NCBI GenBank assembly: GCA_965215605.1
Contig: OZ244070.1
Span: forward strand, 2,016,001 to 2,080,000
Reading direction: 5' to 3'
Source: an uncultured Candidatus Binatia bacterium
GTDB taxonomy: Bacteria; Desulfobacterota; Binatia; UBA9968; JAJDTQ01
Length of the DNA: 64,000 bases
Shown here: positions 49,463 through 58,180 of the stretch, one piece after another
How positions within the stretch are numbered: the first letter of the stretch is position 1
Layout: every line of letters begins with the position of its first letter
Notes under the pieces: model-generated
Database searches by the model: none
Told to the model about the DNA's origin: nothing
What the model saw: the letters and a program-made list of their open reading frames with translations, nothing else
Program-made: the position numbers and the translations under genes

Positions 49463-50974
49463 CTAGAACTGGAACACCAGCGACTTGATGGTGACCGGCA
49501 CGGTCCCCGACGGTTCCAGCACCCTGCCCAGGTCGATGAAGTCGAAGTCCCGCAGGGTGATGCCGTCCAGGGCCAGCACCTGGCTCCGGAGGCCGAAGTC
49601 CTGCTTGAGGATGGTGCCCACCAGGCCGGCCATGTCGTGATCGAATACCAGGTAGATGGGCCGTTCGCGCGCCATGGTGCGCGGCAAACCCTCCATCAAC
49701 CCGCGGCAGAACGCCGCGATGCGAAAGGCGGCGGGCGGTCCCTGCCACACGAAGACCAGCGCCACCTCGGCTTCGCCCTCGTTGAGATCGAAGGACCGGA
49801 AGTGACCCTGGATGGTCCGTGCCATGACGGCCGGGTCGATGTCGCCGTCCAGGTCCACCGGCGGACGCAACACCTGGAGGTTCTTGCGCGGCAGCAGGTC
49901 GTCGTCGGAGCGATAGATGGTGTTGCCGGACACCTGGACGGTGTGCTGCGCCGCCCCCATGACCGTGGCCCGGATGCACTCCCGTGCGCTTACCAGCGGC
50001 GCCGGCAACTCGCCTTCGTCGATGCGGCGCCGCAGCGCCCTGCCCAGCGGCGCCCCCATGTCGCCGTGGGACTCCCGCTCGTGGCCGTAGATGTACTCGC
50101 TGACGCCGCCGGAGAAGACCACCGCGTCGCAGTCACGGGATCCGTTCAGGGGCGGCGTCACCCATAGCGGCTCCAGCTCGGGACCGGCGGCGCCGCCCCG
50201 GGCCAGGGTCAGCACCGTCTCCGCCATGTGGTCGGCCAGCCGCTCGATATCGCCGGGGCTCGTCCGGTCCCCCACGTTCCAGTCCAGTCCCGCGTGGCCG
50301 GCGAGGGTCTTGCCGCCGGGCTCCAGCACCGTGATGGTGCCGTCGCCGTCGGTGGCCAGCAACCGTCCGCCCACGTGAAAGGCGGCGGTGCCGACCACCC
50401 GTCCCGCTTCGGCCATGGCGAGCTTGGTGGTGCCGCCGCCGATGTCGATGTTGAGCACGCGGCAGCGCTCGTTTGCCGACCAAGCCACGGCGCCGGAGCC
50501 GTGGGCCGCCAGCAGCGCCTCGAAGTTGTGGCCGGCGGTGGCGCAGACGAAGTCGCCGCGCTGATCGGCAAAGAGGTCCGCGATGGCGCGGGCATTGTTC
50601 CGCCGGATCGCTTCGCCGGTGAGAATGATCGCGCCGGTGTTCACGTCGTCCGGCGTGAGCCCCGCCTCCTGGTACGCGTCGTCCACGAGCCGGCCCAGAG
50701 CGCCGTCGTCGATGCGTTCGCGGTTGGCGGTGTAGGGGGTGAAGCGGATAGGGGAGAGGTAGAGCGTCTTCCTCTCCGTGACCACGAAGCGGCTGGACAG
50801 CTCCCGTCCCAAGCGCCGCAGCACCAGGCGCGAGAAGAGGATCTGGGACGTGGCCGTGCCCACGTCGATGCCGACGCTGGTGAGCGTGATGGTGTCGAGC
50901 TTCCAGAGAGGGTGGTCTTCCTCTTCCGCCGGCGCCCCTCCGTCGTGGTCGTGATCCTCTCCGATGTCGTGCAT
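49463..50974 (-). CDS. eutA: EutA-family (ethanolamine ammonia-lyase reactivase-like) ATPase
   Basis: SVGIDVGT.TSQ, GAIILTGE, ATAG..FE, NIDIGGGTT, FSGGV, IRATV.GA, VPV.IKSL.F. Confidence 0.82.
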   Translation of the reverse strand: MHDIGEDHDHDGGAPAEEEDHPLWKLDTITLTSVGIDVGTATSQILFSRLVLRRLGRELSSRFVVTERKTLYLSPIRFTPYTANRERIDDGALGRLVDDAYQEAGLTPDDVNTGAIILTGEAIRRNNARAIADLFADQRGDFVCATAGHNFEALLAAHGSGAVAWSANERCRVLNIDIGGGTTKLAMAEAGRVVGTAAFHVGGRLLATDGDGTITVLEPGGKTLAGHAGLDWNVGDRTSPGDIERLADHMAETVLTLARGGAAGPELEPLWVTPPLNGSRDCDAVVFSGGVSEYIYGHERESHGDMGAPLGRALRRRIDEGELPAPLVSARECIRATVMGAAQHTVQVSGNTIYRSDDDLLPRKNLQVLRPPVDLDGDIDPAVMARTIQGHFRSFDLNEGEAEVALVFVWQGPPAAFRIAAFCRGLMEGLPRTMARERPIYLVFDHDMAGLVGTILKQDFGLRSQVLALDGITLRDFDFIDLGRVLEPSGTVPVTIKSLVFQF

Positions 50975-50992
50975 GGCCTGGTCGCGCCCGGA

Positions 50993-52228
50993 TCAGTCGA
51001 TGAAGCTGCCTTCGGCGTCGGGGAGGTTGCCCTGCTCGCCCGGCAGGTTGCCGTGCTCGTCCGGGAACAGGACCTTGACGGCCTCGGCGCCGGCCTCGCC
51101 GGTGCACCACGGCACCATGTTCTTCATCCGGCAGGTGATGCCGCGCCTGGCCAGCTCTGCCTCGAAGATCTGATGGATCTCCGGATCCTCATCCTCGTAC
51201 TCCACCTGGTAGCCGCCCTTCTTGCCGCTGACCTCGCCGGTGCGGAGCACGGTGGATTCCTGCGCCTGCCAGCGGTTGACCGCGTACTTGCGCGACAGTC
51301 CCTGGTTCATCACCAGGTAGGTGGCGGGCGTCTCACCCACGTTGAAGTGCTGGTGCAGCCACAGGCCCTGCCCGGCGCCGGAGAGGTAGAGGCTCCCTTC
51401 CTTCCAGTCGCAGCGAATGCGCTCCTCGTTGCCGCGCTGGGCGAGCACGTAGCCCTCGCCTTCGATGATGTACAGATGCGCTCCGGGGCCGTGGCGGTGG
51501 GATTTCTTGTAGTAGCCGGACTCGAAGCGGGACACGTGGGACTCCATCAGCCCGGAGCCCATGACCATGAACGCGTTGGTGCCGCCGCCGCCCCGGCTCT
51601 TCCACTCGTAGAGGGGCAGCTTGCGGATGTCCGGGATGAAGTTGGTTTCCCATACCCGCCCGCGGTACAGCTTGGCCTCGGCGTTGAAGTAGTCGGGCTC
51701 GCCCTGGTAGCGGTCGTCGAAGTCGTAGTTGTTGTCGAAGATGAAGTGCTCGCTGTTCCACTGCCGGAAGAGTTGCGGCAGGTCGGTGACGGAGAACCAT
51801 CGGGCCGGCTGCGACAGGCTGGCATTGAAGAACTGGTGCCAGGCGTTGGTGGGGGGCACGAAGTAGCTGCCGGGCCCCCACTCGAAGGTCTGTTTCTCCC
51901 CGCCCTCGCGCCACACCGAGCAGGAGCCGTGGCCTGAAACCACGTAGATGGCCTCGGTGTACATGTGCCGCAACGGCGCGGTGTAGCCTCCGGGCGGCAG
52001 CTCGACGATGTGCTCGTCGCCGCCGTTGTCGCCGTCGAGGTAACACAGCGCGCCCTTGACGCCGTCCCCCTTGCGCGGCCACGGGCCCACTTCCACGGCC
52101 TTCATGTCCTCGATGAAGACCCCGCCCACGAGCGGGGCGCCCTCGCGGTTACGCCACTCGGAATAGGAATCGACGCGGGTCAGCGCGGGTTGTTTTTCCG
52201 GGTCCAGGGGTTGGGTGGGTATGGTCAC
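50993..52228 (-). CDS. Bicupin protein (gentisate dioxygenase-like fold)
   Basis: RHMYTE.IYV..G.G...NAWHQ and SHRHGPG...HQHFN cupin motifs. Confidence 0.8.
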   Translation of the reverse strand: MTIPTQPLDPEKQPALTRVDSYSEWRNREGAPLVGGVFIEDMKAVEVGPWPRKGDGVKGALCYLDGDNGGDEHIVELPPGGYTAPLRHMYTEAIYVVSGHGSCSVWREGGEKQTFEWGPGSYFVPPTNAWHQFFNASLSQPARWFSVTDLPQLFRQWNSEHFIFDNNYDFDDRYQGEPDYFNAEAKLYRGRVWETNFIPDIRKLPLYEWKSRGGGGTNAFMVMGSGLMESHVSRFESGYYKKSHRHGPGAHLYIIEGEGYVLAQRGNEERIRCDWKEGSLYLSGAGQGLWLHQHFNVGETPATYLVMNQGLSRKYAVNRWQAQESTVLRTGEVSGKKGGYQVEYEDEDPEIHQIFEAELARRGITCRMKNMVPWCTGEAGAEAVKVLFPDEHGNLPGEQGNLPDAEGSFID

Positions 52229-52368
52229 GATGTCGCCTCTTTCTGTGATTTTGGGGAAGGGTAGGCGATTAAATGGAGTCCTGTCAATCCAGCAGCATGC
52301 TCCGGCGCTCGCGATCCTCCGGGAAGGGCGCGAAGGAGGCGGCGGCAAGGAAAACGGTTGCAGGACAA

Positions 52369-52460
52369 TTACAAATGCCTGGTTATAGTCGTTGTAAATG
52401 CCAGGTCATCTACGTTATAAATAATCGGTCAGATCCGTTTCAGATGCCCGGTCAGTATTG
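52369..52460 (+). repeat. Four imperfect direct repeats, exact 23-bp period
   Basis: TTACAAATGCCTGGTTATAGTCG / TTGTAAATGCCAGGTCATCTACG / TTATAAATAATCGGTCAGATCCG / TTTCAGATGCCCGGTCAGTATTG. Confidence 0.75.
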
Positions 52461-52486
52461 CCGAAGCCAAGTGGGACGAGAACGAA

Positions 52487-53734
52487 ATGTACATGCCGCG
52501 GATCGCAGACAAGGAGCTTGCCGATCGCCTGGGGGCCGCCGGGGCCGTGCTGATTGAGGGTCCGAGAGCCTGCGGCAAGACTGAAACAGCCCGTCAGCAG
52601 GCCGCCAGCGAAGTGCAACTCGACGTCGACGAGAACGCTCGCCACGCCATGGCCATCGATCCCGCACTGGTGCTGGAAGGAGACAGCCCGCGGTTGATCG
52701 ACGAGTGGCAGATCGAGCCTGCCATCTGGAACCATGTCCGGCGCGCCGTGGATCGGAGGCGCAGCCCCGGACAGTTCATACTGACCGGCTCGGCAGTGCC
52801 CGCCGATGACATCACCCGCCACACCGGCGCGGGCCGAATATCCCGCATCAGGCTGCGCACCATGAGCTCCTTCGAAGCGGGATTTTCCACTGGCCAGGCG
52901 GCTCTTTCAGACCTGATGCGCGGCCGGTTCGAGGGTTGCTCGCGCCAGGGCACCACGCTGGCGGAACTCGTCGCGCACCTGAGCCGGGGCGGTTGGCCGG
53001 GCGACCTGAAACTGGCGGACCCGGCGTGCATGACAGCCCGCATCGACTATCTGGAGGAAATCCGTCGAGTCGACATTGTCCGGGTTGACGGCGTTTCCCG
53101 GAATCCGGACCATGTCGCCCGCGTGCTGCAATCGCTCGCGCGAAACGTGGGAACGCCGGTCAGCGGGCGCACCATCGCCGCGGACGCCGGCGGGGGCGAC
53201 GGCCCGTTGGACGAGGACACCGTGCGCGGTTACCTCGCTGCTCTGCGGCGGTTGATGGTGTACGAAGAGCAGCCGGCGTGGTCGCCGCGGCTTCGCTCCA
53301 GGTCCACGCTGCGGCGTTGGCCGAAACGGCACTTTGTCGACCCCTCGCTGGCGGTGGCGGCCCTTGGTGCAACGCCGCCACGGTTGTTGGCGGACCTCAA
53401 CTTCCTGGGTCTGTTGTTCGAATCCATGGTGTATCGGGACCTTTCCATTTATTCTCGTGTGTGCGACGCGAACGTCTATCACTACCGCGACAACACCGAC
53501 CTCGAAGTCGACACCGTGGTGCAGAACCGTCAAGGAGACTGGTGCGCCTTCGAGGTGAAGCTCGGCGCCGGACAGGTGGACGCCGCGGCGGCGTCTCTGT
53601 TGAAGTTCCGGGAACGGGTGGACTCGGCCGCGGTCGGCGAACCTCAAATGCTTGGCGTTATCGTGAGTTCCGGTTATGGCTATGTCCGTAACGACGGCAT
53701 CGCCGTCATCCCCATTGCCGCGCTGGGCCCATGA
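52487..53734 (+). CDS. AAA_14 ATPase with a DUF4143 domain
   Basis: GPRACGKT, IDEWQ, LTGS, GGWP, K.HFVDP, EVD, FEVK. Confidence 0.9.
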   Translation: MYMPRIADKELADRLGAAGAVLIEGPRACGKTETARQQAASEVQLDVDENARHAMAIDPALVLEGDSPRLIDEWQIEPAIWNHVRRAVDRRRSPGQFILTGSAVPADDITRHTGAGRISRIRLRTMSSFEAGFSTGQAALSDLMRGRFEGCSRQGTTLAELVAHLSRGGWPGDLKLADPACMTARIDYLEEIRRVDIVRVDGVSRNPDHVARVLQSLARNVGTPVSGRTIAADAGGGDGPLDEDTVRGYLAALRRLMVYEEQPAWSPRLRSRSTLRRWPKRHFVDPSLAVAALGATPPRLLADLNFLGLLFESMVYRDLSIYSRVCDANVYHYRDNTDLEVDTVVQNRQGDWCAFEVKLGAGQVDAAAASLLKFRERVDSAAVGEPQMLGVIVSSGYGYVRNDGIAVIPIAALGP

Positions 53735-53766
53735 TCCGGCCAGCCGACCACGGAGAGGAGCAATCC

Positions 53767-54930
53767 ATGCCCGGCCCCCTGAACGACATCCGCGTGGTGG
53801 ATTTCACCCACGCCCTGAACGGTCCCTTCTGCACCATGCTGCTGGGGCATCTGGGAGCCGAGGTCATCAAGATCGAGCCGCCCCAGGGCGACAACTTCCG
53901 GCGCTCCTGGACGGCGCCGGACGCGGGCAAGGACGGCTACGAGTTCCTGTGGATCAACGTCAACAAGAAGAGCGTGGTGCTGAACCTCAAGAGCGCGCGC
54001 GGCGTCGAGCTGGCGCAGGAGATCATCGCCCGCGCGGACGTGCTGGTGGAGAACTACCAGAAGGGCACCATGGAGCGGTTCGGGCTCGACTACGACTCCC
54101 TTAAGGAGGCGAACCCGCGCCTGATCTACGCCTGCTCCCGCGGATACGGCGAGTGGGGTCCCTACGCCGACTACGGCAACACCGCCGCCACCAACAATAG
54201 CATGACCGGCTGGACCCACACCGCCTGGGAGTACGCCGGCGCGAAAGGCACCAAGTCGCTGGGCATCGGCGACGAGGCCGCCGGCGTCAGCATGACCGTG
54301 GGCATCCTGGCGGCGCTCCACGCCCGTGAGCGCACCGGCGAGGGCCAGCGCATCGTGGTGTCCATGCAGGAGGCGGTGCTGGGCTTCATGGTCAGCTCCA
54401 TGCACGAGCACTTCACCGGCCAAATGGTGGGCAACACGCCCATGGAGGTTGCCGACGGCTACTTCACGTTGCGGATACCTCACATGGACGACGGCGGCTG
54501 GAGCCGGCTGGCGGAGAGGATGGGGCGGCCCGAGCTGGCGAAGGACCCGCGCTTCGCGATTGCCGCCGCCCGGCGCGAGCACAAGGACGAGTTGGACCGG
54601 CTCGTCCGGAACTGGGCGAAAACGCGCACCCGGCAGGAGCTGTGGGACGCCGTCCGCGACCTCGGCTACTTCGGCGCGCCCGTCCTGTCCAAGGCCGAGG
54701 TCCGGGACGACCCCCACATCAAGGCGCGCAACGCCTTCATCGAGCGCGACCATCCCACCGCCGGCCCCACCACCTTGCTGGCGCCGTGGATCCACATGTC
54801 CCAAACGCCGGCCTCCATCCGCGCCGACGCCCCGGCCATTGGCCAGCATACCGACGAGGTGCTGGGAGGGCTGTTGAACCTAACGGAGGCGGATTTGGCG
54901 GATCTGCGCAACACCGCGGTCATCCGTTAA
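53767..54930 (+). CDS. Family III CoA-transferase
   Basis: GPFC, IKIEPPQGD, N.NKKS, GDEAAG (catalytic Asp), P.IGQHT. Confidence 0.9.
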   Translation: MPGPLNDIRVVDFTHALNGPFCTMLLGHLGAEVIKIEPPQGDNFRRSWTAPDAGKDGYEFLWINVNKKSVVLNLKSARGVELAQEIIARADVLVENYQKGTMERFGLDYDSLKEANPRLIYACSRGYGEWGPYADYGNTAATNNSMTGWTHTAWEYAGAKGTKSLGIGDEAAGVSMTVGILAALHARERTGEGQRIVVSMQEAVLGFMVSSMHEHFTGQMVGNTPMEVADGYFTLRIPHMDDGGWSRLAERMGRPELAKDPRFAIAAARREHKDELDRLVRNWAKTRTRQELWDAVRDLGYFGAPVLSKAEVRDDPHIKARNAFIERDHPTAGPTTLLAPWIHMSQTPASIRADAPAIGQHTDEVLGGLLNLTEADLADLRNTAVIR

Positions 54931-55006
54931 GGCACAGGTAGGGGCGACCGGCGGTGGCCCTTGTTGGGCATCCACGGCAGCCGCCACCAACGGCACGGTC
55001 TCGGGA

Positions 55007-55645
55007 TCAGTCTTCGGGCGTTTTGTCCGGGAACTCGCACAGGTCGGCGATGACGCAGCGCGGGCACTCGGGCTTGCGCGCCTTGCAGACGTAGCGGCCG
55101 TGGAGGATGAGCCAGTGGTGGGCGTCCTTGCGGAATTCCGGCGGCGTCAGGCGGGTGAGGCGGGTCTCCACCTCCAGCGGAGTCTTTCCCTTTGCCATGC
55201 GCGTGCGGTTGGCGACGCGGAAGATGTGGGTGTCCACGGCGATGGCGGGCTCGCCAAAGGCGGTGTTGAGGATGACGTTGGCGGTCTTCCGGCCCACGCC
55301 GGGGAGCTTCTCCAGGGCCTCACGGGTGCGCGGCACCTGGCCGGCGTGCTCGTCAATGAGGATTCGGCAGGTCTTGATGATGTTCTCGGCCTTGCTGTTG
55401 AACAGCCCGATGGTGCGGATGTAGCGCTTGAGGCGGGTGGTGCCCAGCTTGAGGATCTTCTCGGGGGTATTGGCCACCGGGTACAACTTGGCCGTGGCCT
55501 TGTTCACGCTCACGTCGGTGGCCTGGGCCGACAGCACCACGGCGACCAGCAACTCGAAGGGATCGACCCAGTCCAGCTCGGTGGAGGGACTGGGGTTGTT
55601 TTCCTGGAGTCGCTCGTAAATGGCGGTACGCTTCTGCCTGTTCAT
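55007..55645 (-). CDS. nth: Endonuclease III
   Basis: LSAQATD, LPGVGRKTAN, VDTH, C-x6-C-x2-C-x5-C. Confidence 0.96.
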   Translation of the reverse strand: MNRQKRTAIYERLQENNPSPSTELDWVDPFELLVAVVLSAQATDVSVNKATAKLYPVANTPEKILKLGTTRLKRYIRTIGLFNSKAENIIKTCRILIDEHAGQVPRTREALEKLPGVGRKTANVILNTAFGEPAIAVDTHIFRVANRTRMAKGKTPLEVETRLTRLTPPEFRKDAHHWLILHGRYVCKARKPECPRCVIADLCEFPDKTPED

Positions 55646-55646
55646 G

Positions 55647-56765
55647 TCAGGGTATGTATTTCTCGTCCTGCAGGAAGAGCTCGCTGGGAATCTCGGTGCC
55701 CAACCCCTTTTCCTTGCATTGACTATAGATGAGGTGGCTTACGGCGGTAAACTGCACGCCGTCTCCACGCAGGACGAGCCCCGTGATCTGGCTGTCGGTC
55801 GTGCGGCCGGGGTGGTTTCCGGCGATGACGTCGCCCAGGAGCGGCAGCTTGTCCCACTCGATTTGCGTCGGCCGCGTGTACTGGTCCTTCCCGTGCTCGG
55901 GGATGGCTTCGGCGCCGCCGATGGCATACCGCATCCAACGCCGGCCGTGGCGGTTCATGGTCAGCACGTCGCAGCGTTCCCAGCCGGCGATCTCCAGTTC
56001 CACGTCCGAGACGTTGCTGACGAACTGACCCGGCTCCAGCCAGTCGGCCATCACCACCGGGTCCTTGGAGTTGGTGGCCATGTAGACGATGTCCGCTCCC
56101 CGGACCGCCGCGCGCGCGGAAGGAACCGGAACGATCTTGATTCCGGCCTCCTTTGACATCTGCTCCGCGAAGGTCTCCTTCTTGCCGGGAGTCGGGCTGT
56201 ACACCTTGATCTTGTCCAGGTTGCCGAGGGCTGCGAAACAATGAACGGCGCCCTGGGCCTGCCAGCCCGTTCCGACGAGGCCCACCGTGCGCGAATCCTT
56301 GCGTGCCAGGTATTTCGCGCCCACCGCTCCGGTGCCCGCCACCCGGAACTTCTGAAGATAGCCGTCATGGATGATGGCCAGCAGTTCGCCGGTGCGGGAG
56401 CTGTAGAGGTAGATAAGGCCGCAGAACCTTCCGTCCCTGCGGCCCGGCACGCGCCGCTGAAGCGTTCTGCCGTCCTGTTCGAAATAGGTGATGATATCGG
56501 AGTCGATGCGGTCCGTTGTCGCGTCCAGCTTGGCGATCGCGCCGCTCAGCGAGGTGAACGAGTGGTGTGTCGGGTTGCCTCCGCCTTCGGGAAACCTGGG
56601 GTAATCACGGTAGTCGTCGGGATCCCTCGGTGTAAACACCCTGTAGGGGGGCGCGTTGATGGCGCCGCCGGTCGCCAGCTCCCGCGCCGCCAGCTCCAAA
56701 GCCTCGTTGACCGCCGACGGGTCGAGGACCTTCTCCACGGTCGGATTGTCGATGATAAGTGTCAT
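55647..56765 (-). CDS. Ornithine cyclodeaminase/mu-crystallin family protein
   Basis: TGELLAI, R..GTGA.G..YLAR, G.G.QA, GRT....IT. Confidence 0.85.
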   Translation of the reverse strand: MTLIIDNPTVEKVLDPSAVNEALELAARELATGGAINAPPYRVFTPRDPDDYRDYPRFPEGGGNPTHHSFTSLSGAIAKLDATTDRIDSDIITYFEQDGRTLQRRVPGRRDGRFCGLIYLYSSRTGELLAIIHDGYLQKFRVAGTGAVGAKYLARKDSRTVGLVGTGWQAQGAVHCFAALGNLDKIKVYSPTPGKKETFAEQMSKEAGIKIVPVPSARAAVRGADIVYMATNSKDPVVMADWLEPGQFVSNVSDVELEIAGWERCDVLTMNRHGRRWMRYAIGGAEAIPEHGKDQYTRPTQIEWDKLPLLGDVIAGNHPGRTTDSQITGLVLRGDGVQFTAVSHLIYSQCKEKGLGTEIPSELFLQDEKYIP

Positions 56766-56795
56766 GTCGCCTCCCAGACGTTGTGGCACCCCGCG

Positions 56796-58100
56796 TCAGT
56801 CGCTACGGCCGACCCCGCGGGTCCAGGGTCCGATCAACAGGGTCGTGGTGATTCCGGCGGCGCCTACCAGCACCAGAAGCAGCCACGGCACGTAGGCGTG
56901 GCTGTGGAAGTGGTCGACGAGGGCGCCGGCCATGTACGGACCGACGACGCCTCCCCACATGTAGAAGAAGCTCATGCTGCCGCGGATGGTGCCGAAGCGG
57001 CGCCGCCCGAAATAGTCTCCCACCGCAGCCCATATGACCGGTATCGATGAATCCAGCACGCTGAACAGCGTGGCGAACAGCAGCAACCCCCAGAGCGTGG
57101 TGCTCCACATCAGGACGAGGACCGCGATGAAGGAAAGCACCATGCACCAGGCCACCAGGCGTACCTTGTTGGTCTGATCGGCAATCCATCCCATGATGAA
57201 GTGGGCCACGATGTTCATGCCGTTGAACCACGACAGCGGGAGCGCCGCGGCCAGAGGCGTCAGGCCCTTCCACTCCATCAGGGGTATGAAATGCACGATG
57301 ACGGTGGTGTAGGCCGCGGTCCGGGTGGTCATCCACAGGACGAAGAGCCAGAAGACCGGGGTGCGCATGGCGCGGCCGGTTTCGTAGTCGGAGTCGCCAT
57401 GGGCCTCCGTCCCGTCATTCTCCGACCCGTCCTCTCCCTCCCCGGGCGGCGGGGTGGAAGACGACGCCGTCTCCGAGGATATTTGCAGGCCCATGCTTTC
57501 CGGCGACCGGCGGATCCTCAGGGCCAGGGGCGCGGCCACGAACAGGAACACGCATCCCGCGGTGAACGCGGCCGTTCGCCAGCCCCAGAAGTGGACGGCC
57601 ACCGCCAGCAGGACCGTGACGACGGTGCCGCCCACGGGCATGGCGGCGCTCAGACAGGTCAGCGCCCGCGCGCGGTAACGGCTGAACCAGTTGACGGCGA
57701 GCACCGCCGGAGCATGCACGAAGCCGGCCGTGAAGGTCAGGGAGATGACCCCGACGTAGATGATGAGGAAGCTCGCGTAGCTGTCGACGGTGGAGAAGAG
57801 AACGTAGCCGGCGCCGCACAACAGCGCCGCGGTCAGGATCACGGGCTTGGGGCCGAAGCGGTCGATGAGGTAGCCCGCCAGCGGGCCCTCGATGGCGCCC
57901 TCGGCCCGGGCCAGGGAGAAGGCCAGCGAAGTGGCCGCGTGGCTGATGCCCAACTCTTTCTGGATGGGAAGGAAGTAGACCGTGAAGCCGAAGCTGTGGA
58001 GTCCGCCGCCGATGGTGCGGATGAGGGCCGTCAGCCCGATCATCCGCCAGCCGTAGTAGAGGTCCGACAGCCGGCGGCGAAGACCCTTGATCGACTGCAA
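56796..58100 (-). CDS. MFS transporter
   Basis: About 12 hydrophobic segments; GYLIDRFGPK motif. Confidence 0.88.
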   Translation of the reverse strand: MQSIKGLRRRLSDLYYGWRMIGLTALIRTIGGGLHSFGFTVYFLPIQKELGISHAATSLAFSLARAEGAIEGPLAGYLIDRFGPKPVILTAALLCGAGYVLFSTVDSYASFLIIYVGVISLTFTAGFVHAPAVLAVNWFSRYRARALTCLSAAMPVGGTVVTVLLAVAVHFWGWRTAAFTAGCVFLFVAAPLALRIRRSPESMGLQISSETASSSTPPPGEGEDGSENDGTEAHGDSDYETGRAMRTPVFWLFVLWMTTRTAAYTTVIVHFIPLMEWKGLTPLAAALPLSWFNGMNIVAHFIMGWIADQTNKVRLVAWCMVLSFIAVLVLMWSTTLWGLLLFATLFSVLDSSIPVIWAAVGDYFGRRRFGTIRGSMSFFYMWGGVVGPYMAGALVDHFHSHAYVPWLLLVLVGAAGITTTLLIGPWTRGVGRSD

Positions 58101-58180
58101 GCGGATTCACCCGCCGGGCGGCCGGTCCCTCGACGTTCGATTCGTTGTCGAGTCCGACAGGCCGCCCGTTCGGAGTTGAT

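Noticed and set aside
49463-52228. Ethanolamine utilisation operon
   Set aside because: No eutB, eutC or microcompartment genes; only the EutA-like gene is present
52369-52460. CRISPR array (also considered for 47171-47263 and 23799-23996)
   Set aside because: Units are contiguous and degenerate with no unique spacers of about 30 bp, and there are no cas genes; the 23.8-kb repeat is coding
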